Source: Octopus sinensis
Lineage: Eukaryota
Assembly: GCF_006345805.1 (NCBI RefSeq)
Contig: NW_021833697.1
Span: 1-56,556 of the forward strand
Direction: 5' to 3'
DNA length: 56,556 nt
Position 1 is the first letter of the stretch, and each line of letters begins with the position of its first letter. Below the pieces are notes generated by a model that made no database searches, had not been told where the DNA came from, and saw only the letters and a list, made by a program, of their open reading frames with translations. This document shows positions 25,421 through 38,666 of this stretch, piece by piece. The position numbers and the translations under genes were made by a program.

Positions 25421-26407
25421 CCCTATAGCATCAGACGTGGGTGACATGCAACATATTTACATCTATACATATGTTGGCACAAACCGAAAAGATCCTTATC
25501 CATTTTATAGCGGAGCGACTATCATTGTGGAGCACTGACTTAATGACACACTATAATTTCATCAGTATGAAAGAAAGAGGGGTCACCATCTTGTTCGTAA
25601 CAACAAGAAAATAGAAGTTCACGAGACGTTTGTAATAAGTCATAACTCCAAGCTTAAAACATTACATGAATACCGTAAATCCTTGAGTATAATCCACACT
25701 TTTTTCCCCAAAATTTAAAGGTCAAAATCCCTAGTGCATACTATATACGAGGTTAAAAATGAAAAACATTTTCTAAGCAATGTCCGAGTCTCTGCTGTCC
25801 GGCAATGTTTACTTGATGCATTTTGTGATGTCGGGTGCAAAAATACGTTAAGCTAAGCCTGAAAGCAATGAAGTCATAAAAGAATCATCCATAACTTGCA
25901 GTAAGAAACATTTATTAAAATAAAAGCATTCAGAACACAGGATAACATGTAACAAAAACAATTTGCAAACATATTTACATTCCCATATAACAGTTAAGAA
26001 CATCACCATTATTGTATTACGCATGCACGGAAGTGTTTGTTCAACTGGGTGCTGCTGGCTTAATTATGCATGGATTGTGCTTAATAGTTTAGCGCTAATA
26101 GTTCATCCTGCTGAATTTTTGGAAAGCATTCACATTTCATTTGAAAAACATGTCCTACCAATCTTCACTGAATTCTCATCAACATGCTTTGAATACTGGA
26201 CATATCACATTTTTCTAAGATTTTTACATTTGATGTCTTATTTTGCCATTTGGTTGCATATGCTATGGTGCATACACCACATTTGAAAGGTTTGGAGATT
26301 TTCTATTTCCCTATCGAAGTGAGTCCCTGCTTCTGCCCCAGACATAAACACGCTCAAAATACGAGACTTGTATACACTTATTCTAGCTATCAGACTGACA
26401 TCCTGTC

Positions 26408-26440
<33 letters not shown>

Positions 26441-27116
26441 TTATATATTTATATCAAATTACAAAATAAGAAAATGGAGGAACAGATTAATTTCAATCAT
26501 CAACTTCCAGATAATACCAATTCATATAATTTATTAATTAATTATTTAGGAACATCCAGATCAAACAGAATAAAACAGTACACATCAATGAGTAAGATAA
26601 TACCATAAGAACAATACATATAAATAAATATAAATATAAAAATATAAAATGTTCTTATGGTATTATATTACTCATTGATGTGTACTGTTTTGTTCTTTAT
26701 TATTCTGTTTGATCTGGATATTCCTAAATAATTAGTTAATAAATTATATGAACTGGTATTATCTGGAAGTTGATGATTGATAGAAATCTATTCCTTCATT
26801 TTCTTATTTTGTATTATGAATTTGAGGTAAAACATTTTACCTTTGCCCATATAATACATGAATTAATTGCATTGCAATTCTTAGCATTTATGTATTAGCC
26901 TTTCTGGGTACTTTACTGGCAGTATATTGGATAAATGATATCCCATAGTGGGTTACACTCATAACCCCTATCTCACTTTATGTATCAAATTAAATACACA
27001 ACTGAAAGCGCTACGACTTGTTACATGCTGTTACGATACTTGAACAGGAATATTTATAAAATGCGCCATGTATATTAAGAGCATATAACCAAAGAAACCA
27101 AGCCAAACCCACATTT

Positions 27117-27312
27117 GACTGATATTTGTCCTCATCTTGTTGTTCACACAACATTTCAGCTGATATATTCTCCAGCCTTCATCAGGTGTATTGGGGAAAT
27201 TTTGAAGCTGGGTTCTCGTTCCTAAGGTATTTCCCCAAGACACCTGATGAAGGCTGGAGAGTATACCAGTTGAAATACTGTGTTAACAACAAGATGAGGA
27301 CGAATATCAGTC
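27117..27312. ncRNA. Inverted pair of decayed type-I hammerhead ribozyme motifs (Penelope pLTR-like)
   Basis: Plus strand 27240-27283: ACAC CTGATGA AGGCTGG-loop-CCAGTT GAAA TACT GTGT. Minus strand 27189-27146: ACAC CTGATGA AGGCTGG-loop-TCAGCT GAAA TGTT GTGT. Confidence 0.65.
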
Positions 27313-27773
27313 TAAAGTAAATAACGTACATAATTCCGAATCTCTCAAATATAGAACGACACAATCCAGGTCTGACTGGAACCTGGAGAAGCACTCTGGC
27401 TTGCCAGCACCTGTCACACTTTCCCATCCATGCCTGGATGGTAAGGATGATGGAGATGATGATGATGATCAAAACACAACAAAGACAAAATCAATGTCAC
27501 TTAAAACTTTTATTCCTTATTCCCATTCCTTTATTCTCTTATAACAAATTCCTGAAAAATCCAGCACAATCATCTTCAGAAGTCAAAGTCATCTCTGTGT
27601 TGATATATTTAGATATATAAATGATATTGAAGTTGTGATTCATGAATTTCATGTTGACATCCAAGAAACTGAAGTTGATAATGTCAAGCTTGAAGAGGAA
27701 TAAACCCTGTCTTTTAGCAGACAAAATATTCATAATTGTTGTCCTGTTGTAATAAATTTTGATATTGATACTG

Positions 27774-28405
27774 TTACACCTGTGTATGAATACTCACATG
27801 TGTACTTAAGTGGCTTTTTTGAGAGAAAGATTTACCACAGACATCACAGTGATATGGTTTCTCTCCTGTATGAATACGTTTATGGACAGTCAAGTCACTA
27901 TTTCTAGAGAATGATTTACCACAGATATTACAATGATATGCTTTCTCTCCTGTATGTGTATGTTTGTGATGAGTTAAATCGCTATTTAGAGAAAATGATT
28001 TACCACAGATATCGCACTGATATGGTTTCTCTCCAGTATGGAGAAATTTGTGACTAGTCAACTGACTATTTCTAGAGAATGATTTCCCACAGATAATGCA
28101 ATGAAATGGCTTCTCCCCTGTATGTGTATCTATGTGACCAGTCAAGGAACCACTTCGGGAGAATGATTTACCACAGACATCACAGTGATATGCTTTGTCT
28201 CCAGTATGAATATGTTTGTGACGAGTAAAGTTACTATTTTCAGAGAACGATTTACCACAAATATCACAATGATATGGCTTCTCTCCTGTATGTGTACGTA
28301 CATGACTAGTCAAGTGACTACTTGAGAGAATGATTTACCACAGTTATCACAGTAATATGGCCTCTCACCTGAATCAGGTGTGTTTGGTTTTCTTAAATCA
28401 TTCAT
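27774..28405 (-). pseudogene. C2H2 ZNF G5, 7 fingers, 1-nt deletion in finger 1
   Basis: ATG at 28405 ([14 protein letters not shown]). TCTCAAGTAGT replaces the usual TCTCAAAGTAGT near 28323. The remaining fingers are open to HTQV*. Confidence 0.8.
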
Positions 28406-28930
28406 TATAAGATACTAATTTCTCATACGTATCACAATGATAATGATTTTTTCAATTCTATGAATATATCTGTGTCCAGTTGTGTCAGTATTTTCAGAGA
28501 ATAATTTAACACTATGTGTCTTTCGTGTGTGTTCTTGCTTAATATCTAAAACGGTAGATGTAAACAGTTAAAACTTTTGTAAATTTATCCAAGCTTAATT
28601 AACCAAGCAATCACCTTCTCTACATTCCAAACAGCGAAGACAAGTGAGTGTTGCTGTCAATTCCACCGAGAAAAAATATTTTCTTATCGTTTGTCGTTGA
28701 TGCATTGATGAATGTGCCTTATGAATATATGGTCTTCCTTTAATTGATGAGAGTCAATAGAAATATCAGAGGCACATCTGAAAGGAGAGATTTCTTTATC
28801 GTCAACATGATGTGATATTCTGAAACAGAAAAAAAGAAGCAGTGAGATAAAGAGAATCATTAAACGACATAATAATTCAACATTGCAAATCTTACAACAT
28901 CAACACTGTCATCCACTTAATGTCAATGTC
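28406..28930 (-). other. Conserved ZNF 5' cassette of G5
   Basis: Acceptor AG at 28821-28820. Confidence 0.7.
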
Positions 28931-28989
28931 TGCAGGGGTCGGGGTTCATTGAGGCATTGAAAGTTTAAAAATATATGAAAATGGTTGGA

Positions 28990-29600
28990 GGGTGAAATTT
29001 CCGTTTTTTATATTATTGTATTTAAATTCTCCAGTAGAGCCATTTATTGGAGCATAGCAGAAATACAATCGTGTAAAGGGAAATAACCACACAACACCTC
29101 AACCTCGCTTCTTTTAAATTCTTAATTAAGGTGCTTAATTACTGATTCGTTGCTTATTTGTGAATACGGTAAGTTGATAAAGATTTCCTTTAAGGCTGTA
29201 AAGGTGATACTACTACTACTACTAATAATAATAATGTAAATGATAGAATTATGTGAACTTCTCTCGATATTACAGTAATTATTTTTCGAAGCGGGAACCT
29301 AACAACAATTAAGAAAATATGTTTACTCGTCTTAATTAATAACTTCCAAACTGAAATGTTGCTCTGTTGTTTATGAAAACCTATGAATCACCGTTACATG
29401 TGATATAAAGGAAATTAATTGGTAATACGAGAGTAAAATAGTTTAATTGATTAATTAGTAAAATTAGGGGAAACCGATTGAAGAATACCATATTAATTAA
29501 CGTTGTCCTGTTGTTTAAGAGGTTATATTAATAGTAATGATGCAGGTTTGAAATTTTGCCGAGGCCTGCAGTGTTTGAGGGGAGCACGAAGTCGAATACA
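28990..29600. repeat. Family E repeat
   Basis: Reverse complement of about 2170-2700. Confidence 0.6.
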
Positions 29601-29725
29601 TAGAACCCAGTATTTCCCGAAAAGGATGAAAGGCAAAGTCGACCTCGGCCGTATTTTCAGTCAGGAGTTTCCGCTGAGGTCGACAGTGACTTTCCTTCGT
29701 TTCGGGGTCGCTATAATAATAAAAA

Positions 29726-30387
29726 GGCAATCTTTCGTCTCTAGTAGACCTTTCCGAAAAAATTTTTTTTTGTTTTACATATGGGCTTGCGGGAAATTTT
29801 GAAGTAATGAGAGCGAAAGAGACTAAGAGAAAGCCATTTTTATGACGAGGGAAGTTCTTTTGAAGTTACCGTGCATGGCAAGCATTGATGTACATGTGTG
29901 TGTGTGTGTTTGATGAGGTGTGGGAGACAGACAGTATGTTGTGTAAGTGAAGTGCTTCTGTTAGTGTGTGTGAAAGAAAGAGATAACTGAAATTTTTTAC
30001 TTGGTGTATGTGTATATGTATGTATATTACTTGAAAAGTTCCCGCAAGCCCATATGTAAAAAAAAAATTTTTTTACGGTGTGGTGTGGTGTTGAAGGAGT
30101 GTGACGGAGCGGGAGGGAGCGGAAGTGGGTCTTGCAGGGCGCATGCGCCGGCGGAAGCTGAAGTGACAGACAGAACGCACGTGCGGCATTGACCAAGCCA
30201 GACAGACTTGAGAACGACGCCAACACGACAAGAGGCTAGCAAGTTGGCTGAAGGCGAATCCGACTTCATCTCCTCAGGTAAGACCAAATTACACTTCTAA
30301 TTCTTTCCTTGTTCTGTTACGCTCCTTTCACCACACGTATTACATAGGGAAATCGACGTAAAGTTCTACTAGAGACGAAAGATCGCC
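29726..30387. mobile_element. 662-bp TIR element (Merlin-like)
   Basis: 23-bp TIR GGCAATCTTTCGTCTCTAGTAGA matches at 22/23. Flanks are AATAAAAA and AATAATAA (7/8). Internal IR at 29757-29807 versus 30025-30075. Confidence 0.75.
30100..30283 (+). promoter_or_regulatory. CpG-rich promoter/first exon with splice donor
   Basis: CGGAAGTG at 30120, GCGCATGCGC at 30139, CGGAAG at 30152, GCACGTGC at 30177, and CAG|GTAAGA at 30277/30278. Confidence 0.6.
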
Positions 30388-30640
30388 AATAATAATAGTG
30401 TTGATGAGAATAATCTTTTGTACTTTAGACACGAGTTCAGGAAATTGGCGGGAGAAGCGGACGTCGCTTCCATGGAACAATGTGCGCTAATGTTTCTTGT
30501 TTGTTTTTACCTCGAAAGGATGAAAGCCAAATTCTACCTGGATGGGATTTGAACTTTTAGAGTGAAGACGGACGAAATGCTGTTATGCATTTTGTTCGGC
30601 ATGTGAACGATTCTGCTAGTATAACGTATTATTGCATATG

Positions 30641-30822
30641 TATTGGGTTGTCCGGAAAGTTCGTGCCGATTTTTGAAGGAAAGAAAAAGGTCAATAAATA
30701 CTTGCCAATACATTTTTAATCAACCAAATATGAACCGTTTTGTTGCACAATGCGTCTCCATCTTTCCTTTAACTTGAAAATACCCTCTTCCCAGAATTGA
30801 GGTGGTTTCATGCCAAAGAAAA
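30641..30822 (-). mobile_element. Mariner 3' end, duplicate of 1360-1541
   Basis: Reverse complement of the 1360-1541 fragment, at the same position relative to the ZNF cassette. Confidence 0.8.
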
Positions 30823-30899
30823 AAGGTAATGGAGGAAAACAGGTTAGAATTTAGAGAAATGTAGAAACGCTTCATCTATGTACAGAATGTTGTGAAAGT

Positions 30900-31424
30900 T
30901 TCAAAGCCTCAATGGAATCTGACCCCTGAAAACATAGACATTAAATGGATGACAATGTTGATGTAAGATTTGCAATGTTGAATTACTATGTCGTTTAACG
31001 ATTCTCTTTATCTCATGCTTCTTTTTTTCTACTTCAGAATATCACATCATGTTGACGTTAAAGAAATCTCTTCATTCAGATGTACCTCTGATATTTTGAT
31101 TGACTTTCATCAATTAAAGGAAGACCATATATTCATAAGGCACATTCATCAACGCATCAATGACAAACGATAAGAAAATATTTCTTCTACGATGGAATTA
31201 AGAGCAACTTTTTTGTTGCCTTCACTGTTTGGAATGTAAAAAAGGTGATTGCTTGGATAAATTTACAAAAGTTTTAACTGTTTACATCTGCCATTTTAGA
31301 TGTTAAGCAAGAACATAGTGTTAAATTATTCTCTGAAAATACTGACACAACTGAACACAAATACATTCATAGAAATGAAAAAATCATTATCGTTGGGATA
31401 CGTATGAGAAGTTTTTATCTTATA
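30900..31424 (+). other. Conserved ZNF 5' cassette of G6
   Basis: Acceptor AG at 31036-31037 and second TTTTAG at 31299. Confidence 0.7.
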
Positions 31425-32437
<1,013 letters not shown>

Positions 32438-32883
32438 CTGTATCAATATCAAAATTTATTAGAACATGACAACAATTATGAATATTTTGTCTGCTAAAAG
32501 ACAGGGTTTATTCCTTTTCAAGCTTGACATTATCAACTTCAGTTTCTTGGATGTCAACATGAAATTCATGAATCACAACTTCAATATCATTTATATATCT
32601 AAATATATCAACACAGAGATGACCTTGATTTCTGAAGAGGATAGTGCTGGATTTTTGAGGAATTTGTTATGAGAGAATAAAGGAATGGGAATGAGGAATA
32701 AAAGTTTTAAGTGACATTGATTTTGTCTTTGTTGTGTTTTCATCATCATCCTCTAACATCCATTTTTAGCATCCGTCTTCTATGCAGGCTTTGATGGGAA
32801 AGTGTGACATGAGCTGGCAAGCCAGAGTGCTACTCCATGTTCCTGTCAGATTGGGCTTGGTTTCTTTGGCTCTATGCCCTTAA

Positions 32884-33105
32884 CCCTTTCAATACCAACC
32901 CAGCCAAAACCAGTTCTGGCTCTATAGCACAAATGTCTTGTTATCATAAATTTTGAATTAAAATCTTCCACCAAACCTTAGTCACAATTTATGTTCCTAA
33001 CACTAGCTTAATGATAATGAAGTTATTTTACTAAATTCTTTGTTATATTTAAAATTAATTGAGAGAAACACAGAGCATCTCAACAGAAATATGGTAATGA
33101 AAGGG
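32884..33105. mobile_element. piggyBac-type MITE, same insertion site as in G2 and G4
   Basis: TTAA|CCCTTTCAATACC...GGTAATGAAAGGG|TTAA. Confidence 0.85.
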
Positions 33106-33554
33106 TTAAGATACATGGCGCATTTTATAAATATTCCTGTTCAAGAATCATAACAGTATCAAACAAGTAGTAGCGCTTTCAGTTGTGTATTTAATTTGAT
33201 ATATGTATTTGTGTGAACATGATATCAGTCTGACAACTAAAATAATAGAAATCTTGTATTTTGAGTATTTTTTTCATATGAGGCAGAAGCATGGACTCCC
33301 TTCTACGAAGAAATAGAAAGACTGAAATTTTTTCGCATGTGGTGTCTGGAGCACAACATATGCAACAAAATGGCAAGATAAGACATTAAATGTAAAAATT
33401 TTAGTAAAATGTGATATGTCCAGTATCCAAGGCGTACGGATGAGAATTCAGTGCAGATGGGTGCAAGAGATGTTTTCCAAAGACGAAATGATCGCATTCC
33501 AAAAATTCTTCTGTAAGGCCAACAAGTGGCAGAGGAACTCGTCTGGTCCCCGTG

Positions 33555-34425
33555 CCGGTGGCACGTAAAGAGCACCATTCAAGCGTGGTCGCTGCCAGAC
33601 TCCTCTGGCACATAAAAGGCACCCGCTACACTCACGGAGTGGTTGGTGTTAGGAAGAGCAGCTAGATGTGATGTCTTGGGAAAGCCATTGCCTAGATCCA
33701 TCTGTATGGCGTAAAATGTGTCACGATGCCATGTGAAGAATTTGAGTTGATGAAAATGAACAGTAGCAGGCCTATATCCTCCAACCAACAGACACATTCG
33801 CTCAATCCTTTGCACAATCGACGTCCCCATTGCAACTTCATGGCAAAATCCATTTCTGGACTTGGATTCCAGCAATTGCCAGGACCGCTGGACTGACTCC
33901 TGTGCAGGTGGCAAGTGAAGAAACATCATTTCGACCCTGTGCTTGAGGAGACATATTGAGTCAAGTACACCAACATCAAAATCAATGGAAACTGCAACTG
34001 TGATCCCTGTGCCAGTGGAATGTAAAAAGCACCATCCGAACGTGGCCGATGCCAGCACCGCTTTGACCGGCTTCCTTGCCGGTGGCATGTAAAATGCACC
34101 GAACCGATCGTGGCCGTTGACAGCCTCGCCTGGGATATGGTGGCCGTTGCCACTGCTGCCCCGACTGGCCTCGTGCCGGTGGCACATAAAAATCACCATC
34201 TTATCGTGGCCGTTGCCAGCACCGCCCCGACTGGCCTCCGTGCCGGTGGCACATAAAGAGCCCCCACTACAATCATGGAGTGGTTGGCGTTAGGAAGGGC
34301 ATCCAGCTGTAGAATCACTGACAGATCAGGTTGGGCCTGGCACAGCCTTCTGGCTTCCCAGTCCCCAGTTGAACCGTCCAACCCATGCCAGCATGGAAAA
34401 TGGACGTTAAATGATGATGATGTCA
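33555..34425 (+). mobile_element. Family C retroposon with GTGCCGGTGGCAC hairpin repeats
   Basis: Tandem GTGCC.GTGGCAC.TAAAA.GCACC units, a GGTTGGCGTTAGGAAGGGCATCCAGC block and an (ATG)n tail. Confidence 0.65.
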
Positions 34426-34616
34426 CATATGTACACATACAGGAGAGAAGCCATATCAGTGCAATATCTGTGGTGACAGACGACTTATAGACAGGAATTT
34501 CACTGAGCAAAGAAAGGAATTCCGATTAGTCACAAGGGAGGGCTGAGAATTCAGATGGCCATTTGTGTTCACCCCAAACGTGTGCAGTTGATGAGAGCGG
34601 GATAAACAACAGGTGC

Positions 34617-34992
34617 AGGAGTGGCTGTGTGGTAAGTAGCTTGTTTACCAAACACATGATTTGGGTTCAGTCACACTGGGTGGCACCTGGGCAAGTGTCT
34701 TCTACTATAGCCCTGGGCTGACCAAAGCCTTGTGAGTGGATTTAGTAGATGGAAACTGAAAGAAGCCCGTCGTATATATGTATGTATGCGTGTGTGTGTC
34801 TGTGTTTGTCACCCTAGCATTGCTTGAGAACCGATGCTGGTGTGTTTGTGTCCCTGTTACTTATCGGTTTGGCAAAAGGAGACCGATAGAATAAGTACTG
34901 GGCTTACAAAAAGAATAAGTCCTGGGGTCGAGTTCCTCGATTAAAGGCGGTGCTCCAGCACGGCCGCGGTCAAATGACTGAAACAAGTAAAA
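34617..34992 (+). mobile_element. CORE-like SINE (family B)
   Basis: Full-length plus-strand copy. Confidence 0.8.
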
Positions 34993-35029
34993 GAGTAACA
35001 CTTTTCTTCCTGGTTAATTTTACGTATAT

Positions 35030-35560
35030 ATTTCTTTCTTGCCCACAAGGGGCTAAACATAGAGGGAACAAACAAGGACAAAAGGATTATGTCGATTACA
35101 TCGACCCCAGTGCGAAACTGGTACTTTATTTGTCGACCCCGAAGGGATGAAAGGCAAAGTTGACCTCGGCGGAATTTGAACTCAGAACGTAACAACAGAC
35201 GAAATACTGGTAAGCGTTTCGCCCGGCGCACTAATGTGTCTGCCAGCTTGCCGCTTTTTTAAATTTTACATATAGCTTAAGGTGCAGGCCCAGTGGTTAG
35301 AGCGTCGAGCTTACGATCATGAGGTTGTGAGTTCAAATCCCGGACCGGGCTGCGTGTTGTGTTCTTGAGCAAGACACTTTATTTCACGTTGCTGCAGAAA
35401 TGAGTTGCGACATCACAGTTGCCAAGTTGTATCGGCCCCTTTGGCTTACCACTTGGATAACACTAGCATGCATGGGTGATTGCTGGTCTTCCATAAACAA
35501 TCTTTCTAGGTGCAATCCCATGGTCTGTGTCGTGACTGAAGGGGTCTGAAGATCCACAAC
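35030..35560. mobile_element. Family-A SINE (-) and family-D SINE (+)
   Basis: Duplicate of 23590-24300. Confidence 0.75.
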
Positions 35561-35754
35561 ATGCTGGGTCATGATGAGTACTCCAGATAACGTCTCAGTG
35601 GATAGAATGCCACATCACATGTGGGATATTCAAAGTGTAATGAGCTTTAATGATAACAAAGGGGGGGGGGAATGACACTGTGTATATTTCAATGGAAGCA
35701 TCCTTACCACAACTGAATGGATGGTTATTAAACAATAGAGGGGCAGTCATCGTT

Positions 35755-37450
35755 AATCGCCTGGAAGCCTTTCAGCGACGTGCAACCAAGAGAATACCCT
35801 CCATCAGGCATTTGCCATATTCTGAACGCCTTACTTACCTGGGCAAGGATACATTGAAACTCCGATATTTGGCAGACACTCATAAAATTTTTAACCACTA
35901 AAAATAACTCTGAGCACCTTTTCAAACTCCATCCGTCTAACACCCGTGGACATGTTTATAAAGTCAGAAAACAGCACAGCTCCCATGACTTTTAGAAACA
36001 TTTTAGAATACCCTCCATAAGGCATTTACCATATTCTGAACGCCTTACTTCCCTGGGCAAGGATACATTGAAACTCCGACGTCTGGCAGCTGACTTGGCA
36101 GACACCCATAAAATTATTAACCATCTTATTAACATTAACTCTGAACACTTTTTCAAACTCCACCTGTCTAACACCTGTGAACATGTTTACAAAGTCAGAA
36201 AAAAAGCATATCTCCCATGACTTTCAGAAACATTTTTTCACGCTAGGAGTTGCTGAAGTATAGAACAAAACGCCGGCATCAGTTGTTAGTTGTCGAGCAC
36301 TGCATCCTTCAAAACTTCCATGCTTTCTGAGATTTGCCAACACTACACCTGATTTTCTCCCCTCCATACACACACATGCATGTATCTGACTCATACACTG
36401 TTAGCTTTCCAGACATTTATACATTACTGCATATGCTTTATACGCACTTTTGACAAGGTGTGGTGCACCTGACACTGTATACAATACCCTCCATCAGGCA
36501 TTTGCCATATTCTAAATGCCTTACTTCCCTGGGCACGGACACATTGAAACTCCGACGTCTGGCAGCTGACTTGGCGGACGCCCATAAAATTATTAACCAT
36601 CTTATTAACAATAATTCTGAGCACCTTTTCAAACTCCACCTGTCTAACACCTGTGAACATGTTTACAAAGTCAGAAAACAGCACAGTTCCCATGACTTTC
36701 GGAAACATATTTTCACGCTAAGAGTTGCTGAAGTATAGAACAAAACGCCAGCATCAGTTGTTAGTTGTCGGAGCACTGCATCCTTCAAAACTTCCATGCT
36801 TCCTGAGATTCGCCAACACTACACCTGACTTTCTCCCCTCCATACACACACATGCATGTATCTGACTCATACACTGTTAGCTTTCCAGACATTTATACAT
36901 TACTGCATATGCTTTATACGCACTTTTGACAAGGTGTGGTGCACCTGACACTGTATACAATACCCTCCATCAGGCATTTGCCATATTCTAAATGCCTTAC
37001 TTCCCTGGGCACGGACACATTGAAACTCCGACGTCTGGCAGCTGACTTGGCGGACGCCCATAAAATTATTAACCATCTTATTAACAATAATTCTGAGCAC
37101 CTTTTCAAACTCCACCTGTCTAACACCTGTGAACATGTTTACAAAGTCAGAAAACAGCACAGTTCCCATGACTTTCGGAAACATATTTTCACGCTAAGAG
37201 TTGCTGAAGTATAGAACAAAACGCCAGCATCAGTTGTTAGTTGTCGGAGCACTGCATCCTTCAAAACTTCCATGCTTCCTGAGATTCGCCAACACTACAC
37301 CTGACTTTCTCCCCTCCATACACACGCAAGCATGTATCTGACTCAAACACTGTTCGCTTCCCAGACATTTGTACATTTCTGCATATGCTTTATACGCACT
37401 TTTGACAAGTTGTGGTGCACCTGAGCACTGTATACAATAATTTCATTATT
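35755..37450 (+). mobile_element. Concatemer of CR1 3' ends
   Basis: Three successive CR1 tails. The ORFs at 36424 and 36900 encode identical peptides (period 476 bp). Confidence 0.8.
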
Positions 37451-37454
37451 ATTA

Positions 37455-37580
37455 TTAGATCAGGGTGAAGTGTGGAGGAATGATAGTGACCAGAATGTAA
37501 GGAAGTGAAGGACCGGAAGTGGAAAAACACGATGTCATGTATCTTATTTTCTCTTGCTTTTCCCTCTGGCTGAGTAGACC
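37455..37580 (+). promoter_or_regulatory. Orphan promoter paralog (ETS site)
   Basis: CCGGAAGTG at 37513-37521; duplicate of 25290-25420. Confidence 0.45.
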
Positions 37581-38619
37581 TGTATCTCCCCTGTAGCAGC
37601 AGATGTGGGTGACATGCAACATATTTACATCTATACATATGTTGGCACAAACCGAAAAGATCCTTATCCATTTTATAGCGGAGCGACTATCATTGTGGAG
37701 CACTGACTTAATGACACACTATAATTTCATCAGTATGAAAGAAAGAGGGGTCACCATCTTGTTCGTAACAACAAGAAAATAGAAGTTCACGAGACGTTTG
37801 TAATAAGTCATAACTTTTATCATTGGAGGTAATGTGTTAACATACAAGGTTAACTGAAGGAAAGCTTAAAACATTATATGAATACCGTAAATTCTCGAGT
37901 ATAATCCACACTTTTTTCCCCAAAATTTAAAGGTCAAAATCCCTAGTGCGTACTATTTACGAGGTTAAAAATGAAAAACATTTTCTAAGCAATGTTCGAG
38001 TCTCTGCTGTCCGGCAATGTTTATTTGATGCATTTTGTGATGTTGGGAGTGAAAATACGTTAAGCTAAGCCTGAAAGCAATGAAGTCATAAAAGAATCAT
38101 CCATAACTTGCAGTAAGCAACATTTATTAAAATAAAAGCATTCAGAACATAGAATAACAAGTAAAAAAAACAATTTGCAAACCTATTTACATTCCCATAT
38201 AACAGTTAAGAACATCACCATTATTGTATTACGCATGCACGGAAGTGTTTGTTCGACTGGGTGCTGCTGGCTTAATTATGCATGGATTGTGCTTAATAGT
38301 TTAGCGCTAATAGTTCATCCTGCTGAATTTTTGGAAAGCATTCACATTTCATTTGAAAAACATGTCCTACCCATCTTCACTGAATCCTCATCAACATGCT
38401 TTGAATACTGGACATATCACATTTTTCTAAGATTTTTACATTCGATGTCTTATTTTGCCATTTGGTTGCATATGCTGTGGTGCATACACCACATTTGAAA
38501 GGTTTGGAGATTTTCTATTTCCCTATCGAAGTGAGTCCCTGCTTCTGCCCCAGACATAAACACACTCAAAATACGAGACTTGTATACACTTATTCTAGCT
38601 ATCAGACTGACATCCTGTC

Positions 38620-38666
<47 letters not shown>

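Larger units (their letters stand above)
21806..27775 (+). repeat. Segmental duplication, direct counterpart of 32437-40030
   Basis: Same order of 3' flank, SINEs, CR1, promoter remnant and opposite 3' flank. The ORFs at 25963 and 38175 are near-identical. Confidence 0.85.

Noticed and set aside
33579-34510. 206-aa and neighbouring ORFs
   Set aside because: They lie in a GC-rich family C retroposon with tandem units and show no protein-family signature.
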